NCBI GenBank assembly: GCA_003010405.1
Contig: PJLO01000002.1
Coordinates: 121,882-185,881, forward strand
DNA length: 64,000 nt
Direction: 5' to 3'
DNA from: Acidobacteriota bacterium
Lineage (GTDB): Bacteria; Acidobacteriota; Terriglobia; Terriglobales; Acidobacteriaceae
Position 1 is the stretch's first letter, and each line of letters opens with the position of its first letter. A program made the translations under genes and the position numbers. The notes under the pieces were generated by a model, which was given only the letters and a program-made list of their open reading frames with translations, was not told where the DNA came from and searched no databases. This document shows positions 27,395 through 36,357 of this stretch, piece after piece.

Positions 27395-28597
27395 TCAACC
27401 TGTCGTGAAACTGAATATCGGCAGGTACAGGGAGATAAGGATGAATCCAACCACTACTCCCATAAATACAAGAATAGCGGGCTCGATCAGCGACATTGCT
27501 GCCGCAAGCGCCGATTGAACGTCTTCCTCATAGAATTCAGCGACCGAACTCAACATCGTTGGCAGTGCGCCCGTGGCTTCGCCGACTTCCACCATCTCCA
27601 CTGCGAGATCCGGGAAGACCCCAGTTTTTTCAAGGCTCTGTGCCAGCGTTTGGCCCTCACGTACGCGTTTTGATGCGTCAGAGATGCCACGCACGATCAG
27701 GCGGCTGGCCATTGACTGTCCCGCCGTCTCCAGTGCTGTGACCAGCGGCAGTCCGCCGGAAAGCAGCGTAGACATCATACGGGAGAAAACCGCGATCTGG
27801 TAGCGTAGCCAGATGCTTCCAAGTATTGGAAGGTTCAGCTTGAACCTGTCCAGAGTCTCTGCGCCCTTCGGCGACTTGCCCCAGCGGCGAACCAAGACAT
27901 AAATGGTGAAAACCGCCAAGGCAATCAGTGGTAGGAACTTCTTCGCGGTCATAGCCGTGCTGATCGTGAACTCGGTCATGGCCGGCAATTTTTGGTTCAG
28001 GTCCGAGAACAAATCGGCAAATTTCGGAATCACAAATGTCACCAGCATGATGATCATTGCGATTACACCCACTATCAGTATGACTGGATACACCAGCGAG
28101 GAGATCAGCTTCTTGCGAAAACTCAGGGCTAGCCGTTGGAATGAAACGTAGCGCGAGAGTACCTCGTCGAGGTTGCCGCTCTTCTCGCCCGCCATCAAGG
28201 TAGTCGAATAAATTTTTGGGAACGCACCCTGCTTTTCAAATGCATCGGAAATCAGCTCTCCGCCTTTGGTGCGGTCGCGTACATCTTCCAGCAGCATGCG
28301 GAAGTATTGGTTCCGCTGCCGTTTTGCAAGCAGTTCCAGAGCCTGCACGATGGGAAGACCGGCCCTGATCAGGGTCAGGAATTGCTGATTAAAGATGACA
28401 AACTGTTCCAGGGTGACGCGGCGTCGCCGCGGCAGCCGAATCTCGCCTCCGGAGATCAGGCCACGCGGCTTGACCCAGTAAACGAGATATCCGGACTGCT
28501 GATAACGGTCACGAATTTCCGCAGCAGAGAATCCGGTTTCGGCCTTCTCAAGGACCTTGCCGCGTTCATCCGCCATGCGAATAACAAACTCGGCCAT
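27395..28597 (-). CDS. pilC: Type II secretion system F-family platform protein (PilC/GspF)
   Basis: 400 aa with duplicated GspF domains (LLEDV..G..IS.AF... and VREGQTLAQSLEKTGVFP) and three TM segments. Confidence 0.9.
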   Translation of the reverse strand: MAEFVIRMADERGKVLEKAETGFSAAEIRDRYQQSGYLVYWVKPRGLISGGEIRLPRRRRVTLEQFVIFNQQFLTLIRAGLPIVQALELLAKRQRNQYFRMLLEDVRDRTKGGELISDAFEKQGAFPKIYSTTLMAGEKSGNLDEVLSRYVSFQRLALSFRKKLISSLVYPVILIVGVIAMIIMLVTFVIPKFADLFSDLNQKLPAMTEFTISTAMTAKKFLPLIALAVFTIYVLVRRWGKSPKGAETLDRFKLNLPILGSIWLRYQIAVFSRMMSTLLSGGLPLVTALETAGQSMASRLIVRGISDASKRVREGQTLAQSLEKTGVFPDLAVEMVEVGEATGALPTMLSSVAEFYEEDVQSALAAAMSLIEPAILVFMGVVVGFILISLYLPIFSFTTG

Positions 28598-28742
28598 ACG
28601 CTTTCACCCACTGCGAGCGCGCTCAGGGCGAGCCCGCCCCTCAGTGTAACACTATGAAAGCTCAAGGATTGCTGCCCAGAGAACATGCTTTTTATCCCGG
28701 TCTGATAAGTTCCGCTCCAAAGCATCAACCTGCACGCAGCGT

Positions 28743-29414
28743 TCAGGGCTCCAGCTGTTCGCTTTGAAGTACTTCCACGCCTGCTGGGGGATGAAAATTA
28801 AACTCCGCATCACTTATTGCTAAATTCTCCCGCTGGTTTTCAAGCCGAAACTCGGTTCGGCTTCCGTCGAGTTCGTCCATCACAATGCGGCGCAGGAAAC
28901 CCTGTGCATCGCTCTCCAACAGTACTTGAGAGACGCGGTCTTCCATTCCCACGGGAATTCCTCGCAATACCACGTTTCCCGTTTTTTCCGGGCGCACGTC
29001 CAAGGCCAGCGACAGTCCGCGCAATTCTTTCTCCAACTTCGTGCGTCCCAGCAGATAGCGCAGCGGTGAGCGCAGGTCGTCCAGCTTCTTCAGCGGAGTG
29101 CGACGTGCCTGATGCTCGCCTGGGACATAGAACCACGCCGTGGCCCCATTGGTAACAAAGACTTTCTTTTGCGGAGAAGTGTAGTCCCAGCGCATTTTCC
29201 CCGGCTTCTTAATCCACAACGTTCCACTCTCGCTACGCCGCATCCTTCCGCCCGAATAGACTTCGTTGAAGTCTGCTCGCAGAGATTTCATGCCGTTATA
29301 GCGCGCATCGATCATTGCTGCCAGCTGCCGCACATCAGTCCCATGAGATTGAGCCCACAGCGCGTGACCGCAGAAAAACAGCAGCAGGAGAATTCCCGTA
29401 ACTGATTTTTTCAT
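28743..29414 (-). CDS. LolA-like outer-membrane lipoprotein carrier family protein
   Basis: Signal peptide, then SLRADFNEVY ... GTLWIKKPGKMRWDY ... FVTNG...WFYVP, the classic LolA N-terminal pattern. 4-nt overlap with the upstream gene. Confidence 0.7.
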   Translation of the reverse strand: MKKSVTGILLLLFFCGHALWAQSHGTDVRQLAAMIDARYNGMKSLRADFNEVYSGGRMRRSESGTLWIKKPGKMRWDYTSPQKKVFVTNGATAWFYVPGEHQARRTPLKKLDDLRSPLRYLLGRTKLEKELRGLSLALDVRPEKTGNVVLRGIPVGMEDRVSQVLLESDAQGFLRRIVMDELDGSRTEFRLENQRENLAISDAEFNFHPPAGVEVLQSEQLEP

Positions 29415-30352
29415 TGAGTTTTTACGACCTTGAATCCTTCTTGACCGAGTATATCCCCGGCTTCCTTTCCTGGCGGCAGTCCTTGTCTGATGAAAGGGAA
29501 GAGTTCGGGCTGCGCAACCTGCACACGCCCGCTTACCAGCTGATAGGGATTGTCCTTCGGATCGATCGGCGTGCGGTGCAACAATCCAGCGCTAATTAAT
29601 TCCTCCCACCCCGAAGGCAGCCGTCCCCTTTGCTTCGTAAATTGGTCGATACGGTCCTGAAGTATTTTGACCTCGCTGTCCACCCGCAGGCAACGCAGCC
29701 GGTTGATCGCATTCGCCCTCAGATTCGCGTCGTCGGTGCTGTTCAGGATGTTGGTCCACATGTAGATTGCAGTTTCGGTTTCACCGGCGTGAGCCTCCAG
29801 GGCCGCTGCCATAACTTTCATCCAAGGATGGGCGCCCGGAACGTGCGAACCGCGTTCGAACGCCTCGGCTGCCTTCCTAGGATTCTTCAACTCCAGCCAG
29901 TAGATGTAGCCCAGATCGTAATAAAGCCGCCATGCCGTCGGATTCTCCCGAATACCTTTTTCAACCAGTTGCGCTGCTGCCACCGGATTTCCCGCTCCTT
30001 CTGGCGGCTTTTGCGCCAGAAAAACCGAGCCGAACTGGTAAGCCGGAAGCAGCTTGGGATCCAGCGACGTTGTCATATCGAGCAGGGGCTCGAGGATCAG
30101 GTACTGCTTTGCTTTTGCCTTGTGCTTTGCGCCGAAATACTGCACCACCCTTGTCCAGTATATGTCGGCAAGCAGGCCAGAGTAGCCCAGGCTTAATCGC
30201 TTCACTACCGTTGGAGAGGGGAGGTAGAGAACCTCCTGCAAGGGTTCGTCGGCGCGCACGCGATCTATCTGGTAAACCAGCGTTATGCTTGCCGCCAGCA
30301 GCAAAGTCAACAGCAGCGCACAACTTGTCTGGATTTGCGAATCTCTGGTCAT
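29411..30352 (-). CDS. Membrane-anchored TPR-like repeat protein, function unknown
   Basis: One N-terminal TM helix, then helical repeats (AWRLYYDLGYIYW..KNPRKAAEAFERG). Overlaps both neighbours by 4 nt, so it looks translationally coupled inside the ABC operon. Confidence 0.5.
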   Translation of the reverse strand: MTRDSQIQTSCALLLTLLLAASITLVYQIDRVRADEPLQEVLYLPSPTVVKRLSLGYSGLLADIYWTRVVQYFGAKHKAKAKQYLILEPLLDMTTSLDPKLLPAYQFGSVFLAQKPPEGAGNPVAAAQLVEKGIRENPTAWRLYYDLGYIYWLELKNPRKAAEAFERGSHVPGAHPWMKVMAAALEAHAGETETAIYMWTNILNSTDDANLRANAINRLRCLRVDSEVKILQDRIDQFTKQRGRLPSGWEELISAGLLHRTPIDPKDNPYQLVSGRVQVAQPELFPFIRQGLPPGKEAGDILGQEGFKVVKTQ

Positions 30353-31128
30353 TTCAGGTTGCGACGCTCAAATATCCAAACCGACGCGGTCAGTAAAGCA
30401 GCTGTGTACACCAGAACGTAAAGGGTGTTCAGCAGTATCAGTCGCGGTTGAACTGCCGTGTTATGGGCTACCTCGCTGATTACGTTAAGCGCGGCGAAGT
30501 TAGGCATCAAGTATGCTGCTCCGGTCATCAGCCAGCGGGGCAGCCCTGATGCCATTTGGGCAAAGCCACGCAGGTCTTCGGCAAAGGTTCCAATGGCGAA
30601 GGTGGCAAATGCAAAAATCGAGGAGAATAGCGGTGACGAAAAGGTAGAGAACAGCAGCGCCAGCGCCGTGATCAGCACATACTGAAGCAGGATGAAGTAG
30701 ATCGCGGTCACCAATTGCAGGTCGCCATGTCCCAGGCCATGCGATACAAATGCCACCGCCGCAAAGAATCCCGCGCTCATCGCCAGCGCGTTTACCAATA
30801 AGGTCATTACCAGGCCAAGGAACTTGCCCGTAATGAACTCCCAGCGCCGCACCGGACGCGCTGCCAGAACCGTGTACAGTGTCCGCTTCTCAATTTCCTT
30901 TGAAACCAATCCGATGCCGATAAAAATGGCTATCACGATGCCGAAGAACGAGATCGCTGTCAACCCTAGATTGACCAGCACAATGCGATCGACGGCCACC
31001 GAGATCTGCCCCACCAGCAGGGAAGAGCCAACGATCAGCAAGGCAAACAGGATGAGGTTGTAAAGTACCCGGTCGCGTACGGCTTCGCGAAAGGTGTTGC
31101 GGGCAATCGCCGTAATCCGCTCGATCAT
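30349..31128 (-). CDS. ABC-2-type transporter permease
   Basis: ORF 30349..31353 trimmed to MIERITAIARNTFREAVRDRVLYNL (typical ABC-2/NosY-like N-terminus). Six predicted TM helices. 4-nt overlap with the ATPase gene. Confidence 0.75.
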   Translation of the reverse strand: MIERITAIARNTFREAVRDRVLYNLILFALLIVGSSLLVGQISVAVDRIVLVNLGLTAISFFGIVIAIFIGIGLVSKEIEKRTLYTVLAARPVRRWEFITGKFLGLVMTLLVNALAMSAGFFAAVAFVSHGLGHGDLQLVTAIYFILLQYVLITALALLFSTFSSPLFSSIFAFATFAIGTFAEDLRGFAQMASGLPRWLMTGAAYLMPNFAALNVISEVAHNTAVQPRLILLNTLYVLVYTAALLTASVWIFERRNLK

Positions 31129-32063
31129 GCCGTTACCTCGGCCGACTTCTCTTCTCCAACCCGCGCCAGAAAATAGTCTTCCAGAGTTGCCTGCACCGGA
31201 GTCACTCTGGTGAGCCGAGCATGGTTCACGCGCAAGGCATCCAGAGCTGCTTCGAGCAAGCGCTCCGGCAGCACTGCCCGCACCGTGTCGCCCGTTGCAT
31301 GGCATCGCGCGCCGAGCGCCGAGAGCGCCGAAATAGCTTTTGCGCCCTGCCAAACCACTTCCACTTCGCCACTGACTTGGCGAAGCAGGTCCGCCACTAC
31401 ACCCACGCCCTTCAGCTCACCTTTGTTCAGCACCGCAACACGATCGCAGAGGGTTTCCGCATCGCTCAGGATGTGGGTGGAGAAGAAGATTGTCTTACCC
31501 TCTTCATTTAATTCCTGCACCAGATCGCGAACCTCGCGCCGACCAATGGGATCGAGTCCGCTCATGGGCTCATCGAGCAGCACTAGTTTCGGATTATGGA
31601 CAATGGCCTGCGCGATTCCGACCCTTTGCAGCATTCCCTTTGAGAGTTTGCGAAGTTGCGTCTTGCCGGAAGCGGTCATCCCCACGCGGGCCAGCGCCGT
31701 GTCCACCGAGCGTTTGCGCTCGCGCGGGTCCACGCCGCTCAGCCTGGCGTAGTAGTCCAGAAGTTCCAGCGGGGTCAGGTGGTCGTAAAAATACGGCTGC
31801 TCGGGCAGAAAGCCGATGAAGCGCTTCACTTCGATATCGTTCAGATCGCGGCCCAGAATCCTGGCGGTGCCGCCGCTGGGGAACACGAGCCCCAGCAATA
31901 GCTTCAGGGTGGTCGTCTTTCCCGCGCCGTTCGGACCGAGGTAGCCGAAAACCTCGCCTTCTTCTACCGACAGCGTTAGCGGTTTCAGACCCTGTTTCAG
32001 CTTGTTCCCGAAGAACCCGGTCTTGTAGGACTTCTCCAGTCCGTGAATCTCGATAGCAGGCAT
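31125..32063 (-). CDS. ABC transporter ATP-binding protein (ABC-2 subfamily)
   Basis: ORF 31125..32315 trimmed to MPAIEIHGLEKSY (alternative Met at 32078). Walker A GPNGAGKTTT, signature LSKGMLQR, Walker B LVLLDEP. Confidence 0.85.
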   Translation of the reverse strand: MPAIEIHGLEKSYKTGFFGNKLKQGLKPLTLSVEEGEVFGYLGPNGAGKTTTLKLLLGLVFPSGGTARILGRDLNDIEVKRFIGFLPEQPYFYDHLTPLELLDYYARLSGVDPRERKRSVDTALARVGMTASGKTQLRKLSKGMLQRVGIAQAIVHNPKLVLLDEPMSGLDPIGRREVRDLVQELNEEGKTIFFSTHILSDAETLCDRVAVLNKGELKGVGVVADLLRQVSGEVEVVWQGAKAISALSALGARCHATGDTVRAVLPERLLEAALDALRVNHARLTRVTPVQATLEDYFLARVGEEKSAEVTA

Positions 32064-32124
32064 TAGCGTTGCGAGCATTATAGACGAGGGCGTGTGGCGC
32101 GTCAGAATACCTTTGATGGTGAGT

Positions 32125-32159
32125 GAGAAAAACGAAAGGGCAGCGACGAGCTGTCCTTT
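32125..32159 (-). terminator. Rho-independent terminator after pilin gene 1
   Basis: On the minus strand: AAAGGACAG-CTCGTCG-CTGCCCTTT (one mismatch), followed by CGTTTTTCTC. Confidence 0.6.
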
Positions 32160-32194
32160 GATTACTTTTTCTTTTACCGCAGTGCTTACTAAAT

Positions 32195-32701
32195 CTAAAT
32201 AGGGTTGTCGGTCACGGTGGCAGCCTTGGTCTCGTTTGAGCGAATCACGCCGGAGGGATCGCTGAAGAAAAAGTGCTTGCCAGTCTGCTCGGGGGTGACC
32301 GGATCGCCATTGCACGAGTAGCTGCTGACCGGAGTTCCCGCAGCATCGCTTACATAAAAAAGGTATCCGCTCTTTGGATTTCCCTTAGTTGCCGCAGAGC
32401 CACCAGGTGTGGGGGCGCCCAGAACATTGTCCAGTAGCACTGCGTTTGTTGAACTCGGATTGGCGCCAAACACTGGCCCCGGCCCAAGCGTTGCCAGGTC
32501 GGAGGCGTAACCAACTTCCGGGTAGGTCTGGGCGTAGGTGATCTGAGCGGTATGGATGTATCGCAGTGAACCAACCGCGGATGCTTCATTTGCGGCCATG
32601 CGCGACCGCTGAAAGCTCGGTATGGCAATGGCGGCTATGATCAGAATGACGGCCACAACGATGAGAAGCTCGATCAACGAGAATCCCTTCTGTTTGGGCA
32701 T
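32195..32701 (-). CDS. pilA: Type IV pilin (prepilin-type N-terminal cleavage/methylation domain)
   Basis: MPKQKGFSLIELLIVVAVILIIAAIAIPSF is a canonical class III signal peptide (G|FSLIE). GGAG RBS. Confidence 0.9.
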   Translation of the reverse strand: MPKQKGFSLIELLIVVAVILIIAAIAIPSFQRSRMAANEASAVGSLRYIHTAQITYAQTYPEVGYASDLATLGPGPVFGANPSSTNAVLLDNVLGAPTPGGSAATKGNPKSGYLFYVSDAAGTPVSSYSCNGDPVTPEQTGKHFFFSDPSGVIRSNETKAATVTDNPI

Positions 32702-32810
32702 AGGAGGTCTCCGGTGGTATCGTCAAATTTTTATCGGAGATGCAAGTTCGTTCACTGGCGAGTTTGATCTGCCACTGCCTCGCCATCGGTGAATCGAGCA
32801 GGCGATCAGT

Positions 32811-32843
32811 TTTAGAAAGGCACCAGGTTTTCCTGGTGCCTTT
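32811..32843 (-). terminator. Rho-independent terminator after pilin gene 2
   Basis: AAAGGCACCAGG-TTTT-CCTGGTGCCTTT is a perfect 12-bp palindromic stem; on the minus strand it is followed by CTAAAA. Confidence 0.6.
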
Positions 32844-32863
32844 GCTGTTCTAACCCGATACTG

Positions 32864-33382
32864 TTATTGGAGTGCCTTGAGTGCGGTGCAAGCTGTGTCG
32901 TCAGCGGCAATGGCACCCGTGGGATCGTTGAAGATCACGCCAGACTGGTCGCTGCAGAAGCTGCGCTGTCCGGTGGTGCCCACTTTCTGCGGTATGGCCG
33001 TAACCAGGTAGGTGGTGTAGAGCTTTGAGGTAGCGTCCTGTGTGCCATTGGCCGCAACGGTGTAGCCGCTCTTCGCGCCAGAGGCCAGAACAGAGTCGAT
33101 AATGCATGCGTAGGTTTTGTCCGTGGACTTCCCAGCTGCGCAGTTTGTCGCCGTACCGTTATCGCCCAGGCTCTTGAGGTCCGGCGAAAAACCTACATCC
33201 GGATAGGTTGAAGCATAGGTAACTTCGGCGGTGTTGATGGACCGGACCGATCCAACGGCAGAAGCTTCATTTGCGGCCATGCGCGAGCGAAGCAGGTTGG
33301 GGATAGCGATGGCGGCAATGATAAGAATGATTGCCACGACGATGAGAAGCTCGATCAGCGAGAAGCCCTTCTGTTTACGCAT
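32864..33382 (-). CDS. pilA: Type IV pilin (second, paralogous)
   Basis: ORF 32864..33406 trimmed to MRKQKGFSLIELLIVVAIILIIAAIAIPNL, preceded by GGAGAG. The N-terminal ~50 aa are near-identical to pilin 1 and the C-terminal globular part is divergent. Confidence 0.9.
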   Translation of the reverse strand: MRKQKGFSLIELLIVVAIILIIAAIAIPNLLRSRMAANEASAVGSVRSINTAEVTYASTYPDVGFSPDLKSLGDNGTATNCAAGKSTDKTYACIIDSVLASGAKSGYTVAANGTQDATSKLYTTYLVTAIPQKVGTTGQRSFCSDQSGVIFNDPTGAIAADDTACTALKALQ

Positions 33383-33455
33383 AATTCTCTCCATTCGTGA
33401 TGTCATGCTGGTTCAGAAAATCTGTCCTTCACAACGCGGACATGCCAACACTAAA

Positions 33456-33471
33456 AGCAATAGCCTTGCCA
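33456..33471 (-). promoter_or_regulatory. Sigma-54 (-24/-12) promoter for pilin gene 2
   Basis: The minus strand reads TGGCAA-GGCTA-TTGCT versus consensus TGGCAC-N5-TTGCW. It sits about 75-90 nt upstream of the pilin ATG. Confidence 0.65.
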
Positions 33472-33644
33472 TTTCGCACAATCAGTGCCGGTGAAACCTT
33501 AGGTCGCGCAGGGACAACAACTTAGCGATCTCACAACTTACAATCCTTGTTTACCTTTAAGCATACCAGTACCTCGGTAATGACAAAAAATGTCAGGGCG
33601 GACCAGCAAAAGATGTTAATCTAGCGCGACTTCAGGCCTTTCAG

Positions 33645-33677
33645 GAAATGAAAAAGGACATCGCCATGGATGTCCTT
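33645..33677 (-). terminator. Rho-independent terminator after the M16 peptidase gene
   Basis: On the minus strand: AAGGACATC-CATGGC-GATGTCCTT, followed by TTTCATTTCC. Confidence 0.6.
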
Positions 33678-33701
33678 AGGGAAGAGCGACTTGCTCAACT
33701 G

Positions 33702-34997
33702 TCAGCAAGCAATATTTTCGCGTGAGATCTTCAATCCACTCAGATTTCCCAAGACTGTCACTGCAATCTGGTCCGCGACGAAGAATTCCTGCGCAACCTT
33801 CTGAACTTCTTCTGCCGTTACGGCTTCGATCTTGTCTGTAATCTCGTTCATGCCATAGAAACGGCCGTAGTACATCTCCTGCCGCGCCAGATTGCTCATG
33901 CGCGACATGGAAGATTCCAGGCTCAGCATCAGGCTGCCCTTTAATTGTGCTTTGGCCCGGACCAGTTCTTCCCTGGTAACCGCTGCATCCTTCAGATCGC
34001 GGAACTCCTTCAAAACCGATTGCACCACCTTGGGCGCGGAATCCCTTGAAGTTCCCGCATACACCGCGAGGCAGCCCGTGTCGCGATAAGGATTCAATTC
34101 ACTGAAGATTGAATAAACTAAACCCTGTTTTTCGCGTATGTTCTGGAAGAGCCGGGAACTCATTCCGCCTCCCAGCAAGGTGTTCAGGATAAACGACGCA
34201 TAGCGGTTCTCATGCGAGATGGAGTAGGAGGGAACTCCGATGCAGAGCTGTACCTGTTCCAGAGATTTCTTGTTCCGCAGCGAAATCTTCGCCGTCGGCT
34301 TGGGCGCCATGTCGCGAAGTTCGCTACTGAGGGCGGGCAGGTGGCCAAACTTGCGCGTCACCAGTTCAAGAAATTTCTCGTGTTGCAGGTTCCCGGCCCC
34401 CGCAATCACCATGTTGCCGGCCAGGAAGCGCTGCTTGTAGTAGTCGAACAGCAGCGCGGGGCCAAACCTCTTCACCGTCTCGCGGGTCCCGAGAATTGGC
34501 CTTCCGAGCGGGTGATCCTTCCAGAAATTCTGCACGAATATCTCGTGGACAAGATAATCCGGATTGTCTTCATCCATCTTGATCTCTTCCAGGATCACGC
34601 CTCGCTCCTTCCGTACATCCGTGTCGTTGAAGGAAGGGTTCAGGACCAGATCGGCCAGTACGTCCATGGCGTCGCTCAAATGCTCGTCCAGCACCTTGAC
34701 GTTGAAACACACACACTCCTTGGCGGTGAATGCGTCGAGGTTTCCGCCAAAGGAATCCACTTCACGGGCAATCATCTCCGCCGTGCGGGTGGTAGTGCCT
34801 TTGAAGACCATGTGTTCGGCAAAGTGAGATATTCCGTTCACCTCAGGGGCTTCGTGCCGCGACCCCGTCCGAATCCACACGCCCGCCGATACCGACCGGA
34901 TATGCGGCATTTCTTCGCTGATAATCGTGAGCCCGTTGGGAAGTACTGTTCTCCGTACATTGCGTAGTGCTGCGCTCAAACTTGTTTCTCCATTCAT
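33702..34997 (-). CDS. M16-family (insulinase/pitrilysin-like) zinc peptidase
   Basis: ORF trimmed to MNGETSLS... Inverted zincin motif HFAEHMVFKGT plus a downstream E in EEIKMDEDNP. Confidence 0.85.
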   Translation of the reverse strand: MNGETSLSAALRNVRRTVLPNGLTIISEEMPHIRSVSAGVWIRTGSRHEAPEVNGISHFAEHMVFKGTTTRTAEMIAREVDSFGGNLDAFTAKECVCFNVKVLDEHLSDAMDVLADLVLNPSFNDTDVRKERGVILEEIKMDEDNPDYLVHEIFVQNFWKDHPLGRPILGTRETVKRFGPALLFDYYKQRFLAGNMVIAGAGNLQHEKFLELVTRKFGHLPALSSELRDMAPKPTAKISLRNKKSLEQVQLCIGVPSYSISHENRYASFILNTLLGGGMSSRLFQNIREKQGLVYSIFSELNPYRDTGCLAVYAGTSRDSAPKVVQSVLKEFRDLKDAAVTREELVRAKAQLKGSLMLSLESSMSRMSNLARQEMYYGRFYGMNEITDKIEAVTAEEVQKVAQEFFVADQIAVTVLGNLSGLKISRENIAC

Positions 34998-35164
34998 CGG
35001 CACCCCTTTCGGTCGTAGACCTAAATTGCGCGGGCGATTTCGCACGTAGCGTTCTACCGGATTCGCCGGGGTTGCTCGCAGCCTCTTCTCGAAGACCACG
35101 CTGTACAATCATAGAAGATTATGGCGTGCCTGCGGTGTTCTGGGACACCTCTGGGCTTAGATGC

Positions 35165-36301
35165 ATGACAGCACATTCACAATTCGAACTTTTGGGCCTC
35201 TCGATTGAGGAACTTACGGCGCTGGTCGAGAATCTTGGGGAGCCCCGGTTCCGGGGGCGTCAGCTCTTCGATGCCCTCTATCGTCAGCGCCTGACCCGCC
35301 TGGACGACATCTCGACGCTGGCAAAATCCCTGCGTGCCCGTCTCGCCTCAGCCGGGTACTGCACGGGCTTTCCTGCAGTTGACCAGCGCTTTGTCTCCCG
35401 TGATGGAACTGTCCGCTACCTGGTCCGCTTTTCCGACGGGCAAACAGTTGAAACCGTCTGGATGCCCGATTGCGAAGATGAAGAAGAGGAAACCGGGGAA
35501 CAGCCAGATGTTTCTCATACCGAAGTTCGGGATACCCGCAATCCGCCCGGCCAGCGCGCAACCATCTGTCTCTCGTCCCAGTCCGGATGCGCGGTGAACT
35601 GCCGGTTCTGCATGACTGCGCTTCTGGGTCTGCAGCGCAGCCTTACCGCCGGAGAAATCGTGGGCCAGGTACTGCTGGTGCTGAACGATCATGGCATCAG
35701 GCTGGGGCGTGACCGGATCAACCTTGTATTCATGGGGCAGGGCGAGCCATTTCTGAATTACGAAAACTTCACCCGTGCCGTTCGACTGCTTTCCGAAGGG
35801 ACGGGCATTTCCGATTCGCGCATGACGGTCTCAACTTCAGGCATAGTTCCGCGAATTCTTGATCTCGCTTCCGAGCCCATTCGGCCACATCTGGCCATTT
35901 CGCTCAATGGCTCCAATGATGAGCTTCGCGAACGGGTTATGCCCATCAACCGCAAGTGGAATCTTAAGTCCGTCATTGAAGCTGCGCGCCAATTCCCGCT
36001 CCGGCCTCGCGAGCATGTCACGTTCGAATATGTGTTGCTGGAAGGAGTCAACGACAGTGCGGAGAATGCCAGGGAAGTAGTGGAACTTCTGCGCGGGATT
36101 CGCGCCAAGGTCAATCTGATTGCACTCAATCCAGGTTCTGAGATTCCCTTCCGAACTCCATCCCGCGAAGCCATTGACGTCTTTCAGAAGATACTTATCG
36201 CTGGCGGCGTTCCGGCCTATCTCCGCCGTCCCCGTGGACTGGATATCTACGCCGCTTGCGGACAGCTCAAACGCACCACTAGTCTAATCCCTCTCAGCTG
36301 A
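35165..36301 (+). CDS. rlmN: 23S rRNA/tRNA adenine-C2 methyltransferase (radical SAM)
   Basis: ORF 34967..36301 trimmed to MTAHSQFELLGLS... Motifs FRGRQLFDALY, radical-SAM CAVNCRFC and C-terminal CGQL. An acidic insertion (DCEDEEEETGEQPD) is unusual but in frame. Confidence 0.85.
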   Translation: MTAHSQFELLGLSIEELTALVENLGEPRFRGRQLFDALYRQRLTRLDDISTLAKSLRARLASAGYCTGFPAVDQRFVSRDGTVRYLVRFSDGQTVETVWMPDCEDEEEETGEQPDVSHTEVRDTRNPPGQRATICLSSQSGCAVNCRFCMTALLGLQRSLTAGEIVGQVLLVLNDHGIRLGRDRINLVFMGQGEPFLNYENFTRAVRLLSEGTGISDSRMTVSTSGIVPRILDLASEPIRPHLAISLNGSNDELRERVMPINRKWNLKSVIEAARQFPLRPREHVTFEYVLLEGVNDSAENAREVVELLRGIRAKVNLIALNPGSEIPFRTPSREAIDVFQKILIAGGVPAYLRRPRGLDIYAACGQLKRTTSLIPLS

Positions 36302-36357
36302 TCAAACCTTGAGAGCTGGTTCTGCATCAAATCAGTTGTACGTGATGGAGGAGAACC

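Noticed and set aside
32702-32863. Possible second sigma-54 promoter upstream of pilin gene 1 (TGGCAGATCAAACTCGCC on the minus strand)
   Set aside because: The GG-to-GC spacing is off by 2 nt and the -12 element is TCGC rather than TTGC. It is not convincing.
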